Part shown: positions 35,525-47,490 of the stretch, piece by piece
How the letters are laid out: each line of letters opens with the position of its first letter
How positions within the stretch are numbered: the stretch's first letter is position 1
Source of the DNA: Podarcis bocagei
Lineage: Eukaryota
Reading direction: 5' to 3' (one strand)
Length of the DNA stretch: 64,000 nucleotides
NCBI GenBank assembly: GCA_964188305.1
Contig: OZ076903.1
Position numbers and translations under genes: made by a program
The notes under the pieces: generated by a model
Told to the model about the DNA's origin: nothing
Database searches by the model: none
What the model saw: the letters and a program-made list of their open reading frames with translations, nothing else

Positions 35525-38500
35525 AAGAATGTTTTTTTTAAAAAAAAAATCTTTAGCTTCCTAGGATTTCAGAAAGGTGAACTTGCTTCTGATGCACAAA
35601 GGCGGCGGCGGCCTAAAATTTGTGAACATGTTTTCCTTGCTTATTCATGTAAGATTTAAACAAGGTATTCTACCTTGTGAAATGCCCCAGCAATAATCAC
35701 AGTCATGTCACAAAGAAAACATCCTCCTTTTTTATATGCCACAGCATCCCTTCTCACATAATTGCAACAGGCTGCCAATTAAGCAAGAATAACTTTTATC
35801 CACAAAGTGAAGGATAAAAGCAGTTTCAGTTATCTAGGAGTAGACAGCAAATTTCCTCCACGATCAAGATATGTTCTCAGCATGGTAACTCACTGCTATG
35901 TAAGATGAACATTAACATATTCAAAACAAACCCTAAATCAATATACCTGGGGCAGGAGAGGTTTTAGACAATCCCTGCAGCTGCAGACTAAAACTGATTT
36001 TGTGCAGAGGGTAAAAAATATATAATTAGGTTCACATTTACTAGACATCACAAGGCACCATTAAATGTTAATGAAAACAGAACTAGAATTTATTTCAGCT
36101 GTAACAGTATGTCATCTTTAATGGACATATTCAATCATTAACTGAATCAAGTAATCCCAGCCACTTTTATGTATACAAAAATATTCCCCCTCCCATGCCA
36201 AGTAAAGGGTGTCTGTCCTGGGTGATTTTTTTCCCCCATTCTTGTTGCATATATCAGTTGCCTAATACTGAAAAAAAAATATTTATGAAGTCCAGCAGTT
36301 TCATAGTTATATGATGAGAAAAGTCCTGTGCTGAGCCCCTTTACATTTACCCTGCTATAGGATATGTAAAGTATGCTATGCGCATTCTCCTTGTAAACTT
36401 CTACAAGAGAAGCACTGATGATGGTAATTTAACTGAACCTCCCAACTAATTACTGCAGTTGTACATGAGCTGATTTGCAAGAGAATGGAAAGTACTGTCG
36501 AGTCACATGAAGCATTAAAAAACACCCATTTTAGACAACCCCCTGCTTGACTATTTCAAAAGACAAGACATTTCCTCCAAATTGGCAAACTTTTGCAGCA
36601 CTCAAAGAAAGGAACCATCCGAACTGCTGCTCTTTGCCACACTCAAGCAGAGGGGATGCAGCTCCAGGGGCCAGGGATTAAAACCTGTGTTCTTTTTAAG
36701 CAAGGAATCACTGGCAGGACTGATAGTCATGAAAAGTGGAGCTTTGATTTCCAATTTCTTTTCCTCCTACCTCCTGTAGAACATAGTTACTAAGGAAGGT
36801 TGACTGCACAATGGAAACCCCAAGAAACGTTGAGAAATACATTCACAGAATGACAGTTGATTAAAAAATATATAAATGGGTTTTGTTTTGTTTTTAAAGT
36901 CTAAGCGGAAAACTACCTGTAAGTGATTTGCAGATCAAGAGAAGCCATTGACTTCCCAACCCCCAATTCCACGTATCTACCATTCGGTTCCAAAAAAAAA
37001 AGGGACACACTTTCCTTAGCACCAGAAGATAGTTATGAGCAGATGTTGACTTGGGCTGTATATACATTCTTTAATGCAGTACCTTCCCCTTTGAACTTCT
37101 TTGCCTTATCTACAACTGATCAGGGAAAACAGTGTTGGCACTTGAGATTTAGATGTGCTTCAACATCTTTGCAGAAGGAAAACAAATCCTCAGGAAATAC
37201 AATATAAAACATAGCAAACTATGGCCAGAGAAGCAGTAGAAGAACATTTCCTGTACAAGGATTCGGAAAGGGTGAACTTGCTGTTTTTTTCTGATCAAAA
37301 GAATAAGCATGCAGTTGGGCAAAATGTCTAATGGACCAAATAGGTGTCAGGATACTCTGCTAGCCTGGTAAGGAATCTTGTTTCCTGACTTCTCTGCAAT
37401 TAAAGGTTGCGCAATATTGCAAATTGCTTGAACTTTCCTGGTCTCCATGTCCCCTTGTTTCTCAATTCAGCATCACAGTGAAATTACAACATCTGCTAGC
37501 AAGGTTACATTGTAACCCCCACCCACCCACCCTCAATAAAGATTTTTCAAAGCAGAAAAGCGCAAGATACAGTTAAAAGTTCAAAATCAGGAAAGAAATG
37601 CAGTTTAATATTGATTTAGGTGATAGGGCAGTTACCCTCCCCTCCCTGGTACGTTTCACCAGATGGAGAGGAGAGTTGTAATGTTAAGCTGGCATTGCTG
37701 TACTGGATTGCTAGAAGCTCAAAATGAAATTGCAAACAAAAGCGTAACAAAATACAAAGCGAGAGCTTGGTAAAGTAGGCTACAGTTCTTACATTACAAT
37801 ATCAGGAGAAAACCAGTTATTTTCTGAATCCTCACAATGCTCCCCAATAAGCCACTTCCATCTGGTGTTCCATTGCATCCCCTTTTAATATTCTTCTAAG
37901 ACGAGTGCCAAATCTTCAGAAGCGTAATGGAGGGGGGTGGGAGAAGCAGTTTCAATCATCTTCTATCTTAGGGAGCATATAATCTCAGCAAGCAAACAGA
38001 GTTCAAACCAGCAGAGCCATTTAAAGGCAAAGCTTCCTTCCTTCCTTCCTTCTCTTTCTTAAAAGTAAGAGTCACAGACTGATCTTCTTTAGTAATCTTT
38101 AATGTTTGGCTCCTCCACCGTTGCCAGAGCCAAGGGTCGTTCTGTTGTTAGTGCAATACCTATAACGAATGAGAGAAGTGTGGAAGATGGTACAGTCCAC
38201 TCTGAATCCTCACCTACATCAGCCAAGAAAACACTGCATCAGCTGGTCACTTGACGACCGCTCAGAAAGCTGAATCTTCTTGCCGGCCACTTTGTCTCAA
38301 AACACAATGAAGAAATGGTGGCTCAAACGCTCTGAATTAGCTTCCAAACTGATGCATGTTCAAATAGTAAACAAGGCCAAAACCGCCAAACCAAGTTCAA
38401 AACTAGAGACCGATAGACTCCATTACAAAAAAATAAAAAAGTGGCATGGTATTAGGAGCCTGGATGCAAGGTATTGCTTAAACTCTGCCCTTCAGTGGGA

Positions 38501-38789
38501 ATGCAGGAGGATCACACACATACCGAGGAAAAGCTGACCTTTGGAAGACCGAATGAAGGCCCCACCCCAGCTAGAACCGCATACTACTTCCATCCCAAAA
38601 TTGCAAAGAAGTAGAGCTATAGAACCCAAACACACAATTTGACAGTCCTTGGGAAGTTATTAATTTGTTGGAGAGGATACAACACACATTAGGAGCGGGA
38701 GGACAGGGACGGGACCAAAAACAGACAGCAGACCTCTCTTTCCCTATTTGGTGACAAGAAAGTGCAAGAAAGCGTTCCTTGGGTTTTGT

Positions 38790-38970
38790 TCAGTTGTCAG
38801 ACTTTTGCACATCTGTGTTCTGGCCGAGACAAGGGACTTTGAGGTTTTTTTGCAGCACGTGAGCATCCGCTGGTTCTATCCTCTTGTAGTAGTTCTTCTT
38901 TGTCTCAATGATCTCAAATCCAAACTTTCTGTAGAAGTCAATAGCAGATTCATTGCTAATCTGGACATGT
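38790..38970 (-). CDS. NAA50: N-alpha-acetyltransferase 50 (NatE catalytic subunit), last coding exon
   Basis: acccag acceptor; [59 protein letters not shown]. Full join 55110-55103,44334-44198,40833-40714,40549-40483,38970-38790 = 513 nt, 170 aa. Confidence 0.98.
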
Positions 38971-39249
38971 CTGGGTAAAAAAAAAGAAACCAAGGGAGAA
39001 AAGCATTACCATTTATGAAGGCTGGAACTTGGATCTATATGCTAATGAACTGTTTATCTGAAGAGTGGAAGGGAAAATGGAAAAGCAAGGATAGAGAAGA
39101 GATTAAAACAGATGTTACTAAATTTGATAATAAACAAAAGTCCATCCAACTTCTGTATCCCATGTTACTTTCACCTATCATCTTTACTACGGCGGGGGGG
39201 GGGAAATCTTGCATGCCAGCTTATAACACAAGTGCCCAGAAATCAAGTA

Positions 39250-39489
39250 CAGTCGTACCTTGAAGCTGAATGGAATCCTTTCTGGAAGTCCGTTCAACTT
39301 CCAAAACATTCAGAAACCAAAGCGCGGCTTCTGATTGGCTGCAGGAAGCTCCTGCAGCCAATCAGAAGCCCCGTTGGACGTTCAGGTTCCAAAGTTCGTT
39401 TGCAAACCCAGACACTCACTTCTGGGTTTATGGCGTTCGGGAGCCAAAATGTACAAGTACGAAGGTGTTTGGGATCCAAGGTACAACTG
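39250..39489. mobile_element. Tigger-like MITE, family B
   Basis: CAGTCGTACCTTG...CAAGGTACAACTG TIRs; related copies at 40115-40254, ~45753-45935, 51219-51458, 59303-59540. Confidence 0.8.
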
Positions 39490-40114
39490 TCTATGACCAT
39501 CCTATGTAAACGACTACCTACCTTTTGCCTTTCTGATTTCAGCGACAAACAGCTACTATTCTAACACAAAAAGCTACTCTAGAGCACATGTCCTAACCTG
39601 TTGTCTGCCAAGTACTTTGGACTAAAACTCCCATCAGCCTCAGATAGCATGGCCATCCCAGGGATGATGGAAGTTAAGTCCAGGATGGGGAGGAAAACAA
39701 CATACAGTACTGCAGAGCTCTCTTAAACCAGAAGGTAACAATACTACCAAACTGGCCCCCAAGAAAGTTATACCTTGATAGCGCTGCAGATGCACAGCAG
39801 CAATTGCACCAGGTGGGCCTTCTTTGAGAAGGCATCCCACAACTGTGGTGCCATGATCAAGCAACCCTACATGCTCATGTGCTGTATCTCAGATTGGGGG
39901 ACAGCTAGTAACTTTAGAGGACATATTTACAGGGTTGGGTTTACATGTAAAGAATTATGCTTAGGAGCCTTTTTTAACTGCTGTTTATAAGTCTAGCTCT
40001 TACAGAGCTCAGCATGTCCCTGGTCAATGGATATAGGCACTAATAATAAACAATCCAGACACAATACTGATAAAATAAAGAGGGCATCACTTACCAAAAA
40101 GTAACAAGACTGTA

Positions 40115-40254
40115 CAGTCACACCTTGGTTCTCGAACGTAATCCATTCCAGATCCGTTCGACTTCTGAAAACATTCGAAAACACTTCCAGGTTTGTGGCA
40201 TTTGGGAGCCAAAATGTTCGAGTCACAAGGCGTTTGAGAACCAAAGTATGACTG
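40115..40254. mobile_element. Tigger-like MITE, family B, internally deleted
   Basis: TA-CAGTCACACCTTGG...CCAAAGTATGACTG-TA. Confidence 0.75.
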
Positions 40255-40482
40255 TAATGTATGTACCTCCTGTGGTTAGCATTTGCACTGCGTGGTAGTG
40301 TCAATATAATTAGTGCCCCTACTGTGTCCCAGCAAACTCTAGTACTCGAAAGCAAAAGTCTTATATTAGTTGTTCTTTAATACTATGTCACAAGACTTGA
40401 GCGCCAACATTTCCATGCATGCCAACTAAACATGTAAGCAACCAATTCCTCCTGCCTAGGCCAGCAATGTCTTTCTACTTAC

Positions 40483-40549
40483 AGATAGATATTGTCGAAA
40501 GTGCCATCTTTTTCACAGATGTTTAACACATGATTCAACATTTTAGTTC
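40483..40549 (-). CDS. NAA50: NAA50 exon 4 (GTKMLNHVLNICEKDGTFDNIYL)
   Basis: ttgtag acceptor, gtaagt donor, 67 nt. Confidence 0.97.
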
Positions 40550-40713
40550 CTACAAAGGAAGCAAGACAAAATGGAAGAAAGTTATTCCCAGTTTCAAATA
40601 CTGCAGCATCTTGCAATATTTGTTATTTTACAAACAAGTACTAAATTTTGTAAGCTTTAGAGGCACATGTTCCATAGCCAAGAGCCACCTCATCATTTAC
40701 AAAACAGCCTTAC

Positions 40714-40833
40714 CTATCCCCAACCTTCGGTAAGGGGCCAGACATCCAAGCGTCATGATGTACAGTCTTTTCTGATTCTGAGAATGATCTACTCTACAGC
40801 ACACTGCACCCACTGCAATATCATTGAAATAGG
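40714..40833 (-). CDS. NAA50: NAA50 exon 3 (AYFNDIAVGAVCCRVDHSQNQKRLYIMTLGCLAPYRRLGIG)
   Basis: tggcag acceptor, gtaagg donor, 120 nt; GNAT acetyl-CoA-binding motif RRLGIG. Confidence 0.97.
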
Positions 40834-41888
40834 CTGCCAAAAAGAGGGGTGGGGAGAGGAAGAAAGCATATTATTTTGGGTTTTTTAAATCCACCATATC
40901 CTGAGGGTTTCGGATAAATATAAATATATAGATTTAAGAATACTGCATAATTAGAACAGCAAGACACACTTGCATATTATATATTAAATATATAACAATA
41001 AATGTGATCCCATCCCTGCTTAACTCCACGCCTCAAACTAAATATGTAACAATAAAAATAATCCCATCCCAATTTAACTCCACATATCAAATATCAGGTC
41101 AAACAAGGTCTAATTCTCACTGAAGGGAAGTCTGTACTATGCTGGTAGAACTCCAGGCTGAAGGGGACAGAATAGTCCCTTGTAAAAATAAGATCTATAA
41201 TCCTGCATGCATAAAACTAGCATATTAAAGAGAATGCAGGAGTACAACCCTTTCCCCTCATATTCTGTGTGCCAGAAATACTATGTATAATGGACAATTC
41301 AATCAGACCTGAAGTACAGCCTAAAGTGATAAAATCAAGACAGAGTTCTACATCTGCAGTAAGAGCTAGATCTTGCAATACTTTAGGAAAACTCTGATGC
41401 ACAGTGGTCCACAGTTCTGCTTGTCACCCCCACCATAGTGAGTGTTTCATTACCTTATGGCAAGGACAATGAGAGGGGAATCAACCTCTTTCTACCTTGG
41501 ATCATCAACTGAGTTGTGCTGAATTTCAAAGGGTGTCTGTGACTGCAATAAGGGGGATGACCTCAATCCCCTCTCCAGCTCCAAGCTAAACAGGAAGGCT
41601 AGAGTTGACCATGGCACTCTTCTTGCTTCTGCTGCCTGCCACCAAAATGTTGGTGAATAGTCAAGGTACTCAGAATGCCTCAGCCAGCTAGCTCCAAAGC
41701 AAGCTCCTACTCCCCCTCCTCAGTTCCGAAAGCCTGGAGCTAGAGAGGGAAGCTGGGGCTTGTCCCTGAACTCCTGCAGGGGTGCAGCAAGAGGTCAAAG
41801 TTACAGTCTTATGAATACCCACCTCAGAGTAGGACTCATTGGGTGAATCCATACTTAAAAGCAGACCCAATGAAATCAACAGGGCTTA

Positions 41889-43351
41889 CCGTATTTTTCG
41901 CTCGAAAACACGCACCTGACCATAACACGCACATAGTTTTTAGAGGAAAACAAGGGGGAAAAAATTCTGAATGAAACAGTGGATGTATCATTTTTGTGCT
42001 TCATGCTGTGGCCACAGACATGTGATTTGACGGTGAGTTTGGGGTAGCCCAATGCAAAAATCCTGAGAATCCATGTGGATCTGTGCTTTGTAACCACGTT
42101 TTTGTACCATTGCAGCCCCAGGCAACAGTGGGTGCGTGATTTTTTTGGTGCAGGCTGTAGCCATGGACATGCTATGTGATCTGATGGTGAATTTGGGGTG
42201 TCCCCATTGCAAAGATCCTGAGGATCCATGCTTTGTAACCACGTTTTTGTACCATTGCAGCCCCAGGCAACAGTGGGTGCGTGATTTTTTTGGTGCAGGC
42301 TGTAGCCATGGACATGCTATGTGATCTGATGGTGAATTTGGGGTGACCCAATGCAAAGATCCTGAGGATCCATGTGGATCAATGCTTTGTAACCACGTTT
42401 TAAGTGGGGAGGGAAGGAAAAACATAGAAGGGACAAGGAGCACTGAGAGGGGTGTGCGGAGAAGCAGCTGGCTAAGAATGCAGGAGAGGGGTTTTACCGG
42501 AGGGAGGAAAGTAAGGCAAAAGTTCCCCCACCCACCCACCCACCCACCCAAGTCAGCCAGCTCTCTCTGTCTCTCCCCCACCTGCATGTTGCCTGCGAGT
42601 CCCTAGTCGCAGCAGCAGCACCGGAGCACGGAGAGGAATTAGAAGGAAGGACGCTCTGCTTTCCCCTCTGCTTGCCTGGAGGGGAGGGGTTTTCTCTGCT
42701 CTTTGTTCCGTTTGAGCAAACACAGTAACGAAACAGAAGAGGGTGGGCAGTAAGACCCTGAGGCAGAATGCAGGAAAGCAATAGCTTTCTCTCTCGGGAG
42801 GCTTGAACGCACGTGTGGCTGCCCGCAATCAGTTTACCCCACCGAGAATGAAGATAAACTGGTAAAATAAGGGGGCTGGGTTAAAACTAAAGGGAAAACC
42901 TCAAAGATCCCTCAAGAACAAGGCAGGGGGTTCGGGGCTCCCAAAGCTGAGCTGCAGCCTTAGAAGGGGAAAATGGGGCTTTCGGAGGTGGTTTTTACTG
43001 CCCCACTGCTTCCAATTTTTTAAAAGGCAAATTGCAGGAGAAGATGCAGCAGTCAGTCACTCTCTCACTCCCTCCAAGCACCCACGCTAGCGAACAAACA
43101 CACAGGCAACCACACACTCACAAAGCACACACACTAGCAAACACACAGTCGCGCTGCAGAGTGGCCAAACCTCCTAGCAAGCACTTCCCTGGCTTCTGCT
43201 GACCGCAACGAAGACGACCCTCGAAGAAAATGTGTGATGCACTCGGGCCAGTCGGCTCCAGGGACCACACATTCGCTCAATAACACGCATAGACATTTCC
43301 CCTTACTTTTTAGGAGAAAAAAATCTGTGTGTTATAGAGGGGAAAATACGG
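41889..43351. mobile_element. Tc2-like non-autonomous DNA transposon, long (1463 bp) form with internal tandem repeat
   Basis: TA-CCGTATTTTTCGC...GAAAATACGG-TA; subterminal sequence shared with 28194-28362. Confidence 0.85.
41990..42400. repeat. Tandem repeat of ~145-154-bp units, ~2.7 copies
   Basis: tgctttgtaaccacg recurs at 42084, 42229 and 42383. Confidence 0.9.
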
Positions 43352-44197
43352 TATTTTAGTCATGGACCAAGATTCCAATGGGGCTGCTCAAAGCATGACT
43401 TATTTCGGACCCAATCCATTCAGTTCAACGGGACGTACTTCTGAGAAAGCATGCATAGGCTGAAGGGGAGGACCACCTTAAAAAAAATCCGTGAAACCCT
43501 GTTGTGTGTGCAGGAGGAAGGTTTACACCTGAGGAGTTGATGAATGGGTTTCTCTCTGTGCATATCATTGAGACATGTGAGAAGATACGTTAAGCATTTG
43601 AGCATAAAAGAATGACATTATTCATTTTAAAGGCCATGATGTAGTACAAAGGGAAAACGGGTTTCTAATGTAACATATGAAAAGTAATTTAGGGCTGCAT
43701 AAGTTGTCAGTTCTGTATACTGCAGTCAACAGGCGGCTAGTGGTGATGCTAAAACACTCACAACTTGGCATGGAGGATCTTCATGAGGAAATGGGCCACT
43801 GCTTCCCGCACTTGTTGAAGCTTTTAAACAACCAACAAGGGCACTAAGTTTTTCTGAGCAGCTGTGGAAGGTAAAAGCTGGTAGCTCTCTATGGCTAGAA
43901 CAGGAGGAGCTGGAGGGGAAGGAAAAGGCACGGACAAGGGGAAAATGGGATGGACAACTATCTCAGGCCAAAGAGGTACATACCTGAGGAAGATGGCAGA
44001 ATAAAAGGCAGTATCTGCATTGTATGTGCAGGCCCAGGTTGCATGGCGTGCAAGGCTTCATACAGTGAGAATAATTAAGGTATCTGGTAAAGCTATCCTC
44101 ACGTAACAGATGATGTACTGAATCTAGCAGATAAACCAAGAACAATGGAAAACCCTCTATCTACGAACCCACCAAATAAAAAAGCAAGGTACTATAC

Positions 44198-44334
44198 CCA
44201 GTTTGGCAAGCTCGCCAACCTCCAACACATCCTTGTAGAACTTGTCATTGTAGCTGACGGGGAAAATGACTTGGTTTAACCGCTTCAGCTGCTTAATGTT
44301 GTGTGGCGTCACATCACCCAGCTCGATCCGGCTA
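44198..44334 (-). CDS. NAA50: NAA50 exon 2 (SRIELGDVTPHNIKQLKRLNQVIFPVSYNDKFYKDVLEVGELAKL)
   Basis: ttccag acceptor (NAGNAG), gtatag donor, 137 nt. Confidence 0.97.
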
Positions 44335-44594
44335 CTGGAACAAATCAAAACATGCTTAATACCTCTAGGAATCCCACTGTGATTAAGCTATACTAGAAAC
44401 AGCAGAACTGGTCACCTTGTCATCTCCAAGCACTTTGGTGCAATATCCCCATTCTGAACAGAACCCTCCTAAATCTATCATGCAGGATTTCATAGGACTC
44501 TTTTTTAAAAAAAGCAAACACCTTGCAGTTACTCAAACTGAAATTTGGCCCAGTGCTTTCAGGTTACACTGATCTTATGGCAATTAAATTTATA

Positions 44595-44809
44595 CAGTGG
44601 TACCTCGGGTTAAGTACTTAATTCATTCTGGAGGTCTGAAACTGTTCTTAACCTGAAGCACCACTTTAGCTAATGGGGCCTCCTCCTGCTGCCGCCCCAC
44701 CAGAGCACGGTTTCTGTTCTCATCCTGAAGCAAAGTTCTTAACCCAAGATACTATTTCTGGGTTAGCGGAGTCTGTAACCTGAAGTGTATGTAACCCGAG
44801 GTACCACTG
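44595..44809. mobile_element. Tigger-like MITE, family A
   Basis: TA TSD and CAGTGGTACCTCGGGTT TIRs. Confidence 0.88.
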
Positions 44810-46188
44810 TACATGGATTGTACCCAGAGCAACAGGATCAAACCATCATCTATCCAGCTTCTCAAGGGCAAGTCCTCTAACACTGCAGAGAACATAGAAG
44901 TCGCGTGTCTTGCTTCACACAAAGCCACAGAAGAGGTGAAATACTGGCACATGTGACTTTTGGGAGTTTCAGAGGACAGAAGACCCATAAGTCACACTCA
45001 CAGCTTGCTTGCTTGCTTGCTTCCCCAACACATCTAAAGATGCCAGGAAAGAAGCAGGAAAAACTTACTTTGAAACTCATCAGAAAGTGAAACAGGACAC
45101 TTTGCCTCTTCCACAATTTTGTGGCATGTCTGCAAGCCTCAGTGAGAGGGAGAGACTGGTAGTGGTAACCACAAATAGCAGCTGCCTAGTAAACCAAGCC
45201 ATAATGTGTGGATCCTGGGAAGCAACCTGTCACTTTAGAGTTGAGAAGGAAGCCAAATTAGCTCCTCAGAATGGCAGGAAGTAACATGAGCCATGCTGGA
45301 GACTTGAACCACTGGCTGTACGAAAAGAATTCCCAAGTTCACATTACAAGGCTCAGTCAAACATATAAACAAGACAACAGAACAAGTAAGCAGGGACATA
45401 CATAAGATATAATACATTTTCACATATAATAAGCCTTTACCCAAAACACATTTCCAGCAGTGAAACCGCATACAGCCATAGTTTATTGTTCACATTAAGA
45501 AAGTTAACACCCCCAAAAGGAGTCAGGGTCTCAGGGACAGAGAGTGGCTGGAAGTAGGGAGGCAGAAAAATGTCCTCCTTTCCTTCCACTCTGCAGACAA
45601 GCCCTGGATTCTCCCAACTCCCCCTTTCCTTCATATAAATATATATTTTTGGCACCACAATTAACACATATTAAAGGCCTATACTGACGGCAGAGACACC
45701 CACCTTGAGTGTCCAGTTCACAAACCTAAGACTTACTGTATTTTTCCATGTACAATCATACCTTGGTTTTCCAACAGCTTAGTTCTCGAATATTTTGTCT
45801 CCCAAACCTGGAAGTGACTGTTCCAGTTGGCGAACTATTTTTGGAAGCCAAACGTCCGACGGGGATTCTGCAGCTTCTGATTGATTGCAGGAGCTTCCTG
45901 CAGCCAATCAGAAGCTATGCTTTGGATTTCGAACAAGATGCCCCCAAGATCTATTGGAAGTCTAGCTGGGAGAAAGTTCTCCTCCTACACCCTCAGCATC
46001 AGTTTTAATCTGAAATCTTAGGCGCAGTACTGCACCCAGAGCTCAGAAACTGCTCACATTTATGAAATTCCCTGTCACAAAACGCTCCTAGAACAATGGG
46101 AGTTTCGAACACTGTCCATGTGGTCACAATTAGACCCATGCCAGTAGTAAAACGTGTCTGGCACATGGCTATTTCCAGAGAGAAATAT

Positions 46189-46387
46189 GGCCAGAGAGAG
46201 TACATACTGTGTGTCTCAGCATCTGACTTCTGCTCTCACGTGGGGCTCATACACTGCCTGAGATGTGCTGCACCACTGCAATGAAAGCCCTGCCATTCCA
46301 AACTGGGCAAGAAGGGGGGGGGGTCAATTTCCTATCCAATCACTGACTTCACTGAGAAGTTAATACTTGACCTGGCAAATATTATTA
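46189..46387. repeat. ~190-bp dispersed direct repeat, copy 1 (copy 2 at 57236-57420)
   Basis: 69-nt identical core at 46213-46281 and 57260-57328, with similar flanks. Confidence 0.9.
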
Positions 46388-46656
46388 CTATTTATTACTA
46401 TTCCATGAGACAACTGAGAAGTAGCTGTGTTGAGCTCTCAGGAGCTGAATCCAAATGCAATGACAGAATAGTAGAGGTTGAAAACCTTAACAGGCTTGCT
46501 CATATTAAGCACTTAGAAAACTGGTTATATCAGGAGATATGAAATGAGAAATATAGTCAAAGAATCTCAAGGCTAGCTACAGCTGTGTCTTAAGAAAGAA
46601 CTTATAAAGAACTTTATACTGCTTTCTTTGATGCTTTTCATATTTCTATTCTATGC

Positions 46657-46662
46657 GAGAGA

Positions 46663-46705
<43 letters not shown>
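46657..46705. repeat. Compound (GT)n(GA)n microsatellite
   Basis: Direct inspection. Confidence 0.9.
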
Positions 46706-47490
46706 TCATTATTTGCAGGTGTGTGGTGTTTTTTTTAAAAAAAACCCTATTCACTTAAGTCTTGGAGTGTTTTGAAAGGAACACCTTTTAATATATAAAT
46801 ACAACTTGTAGTTGCTTATTGCAGACTAAGTAGGCAATAACTGAAAAGGCATCTATGCATAATCTCATGCTCCAGCCACTAATAACAACTTTGCAAAAGG
46901 TTTTAGATTAGTCAGGTTTTTTGAGTGTTGCTTGTGTATGTGTTTCTAATTAAGTGAGAAATTGTAGTAATCTTTCTGAAGCTGCAGTTGTGTCTGTTGT
47001 GTACCGAGGGGGGCTGAACTGGGATTGTATATGATTTATCTTGATTTTACAGTCAAATTATACAGCTGTCTTAAAAACAATACATTTTTTAGCGCCAGAC
47101 ATTCCTCTTATTAGAAAGAGAGTAACTCCAAAGAGGAGAAATAATGTTCTATTGGCCAGTTGGAAATGTCACCATGTACAGACTTTTAACACACTGTGAG
47201 AACAAATTAACAATCTGCTTCTCTAAAGAAAGAACCAGGAAGTTATTTGCACACTGTAGCAGTACAGAGGAGGCATTTCTATTTATTTAAGACAGAGTCC
47301 ACCTGTTAGCCAAAAAGCCTTTCAGACCAGCTTTCAAAAACCAGTGCTAAGACTCAGGCTCACAATTGAAAAAGATATAACACATGAGTAAAAAGAAATG
47401 GGTGGGAGGAAGGGAATATAAATTCAGACCCCTTAAAAGATACCACTTTTATAATATGGTTATGTCTATTCAGATTCTGGCTATCTAGAG

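Noticed and set aside
38820-38840. One extra residue in the NAA50 tail (KVPCLGQ versus human KVPSGQ)
   Set aside because: In the variable C-terminal tail and, as I recall, shared with birds; unlikely to be novel.
41876-42587. Repeated-peptide ORFs (TPNSPSDHIACPWLQPAPKK...)
   Set aside because: Product of the tandem repeat; unit lengths 145 and 154 do not preserve frame.
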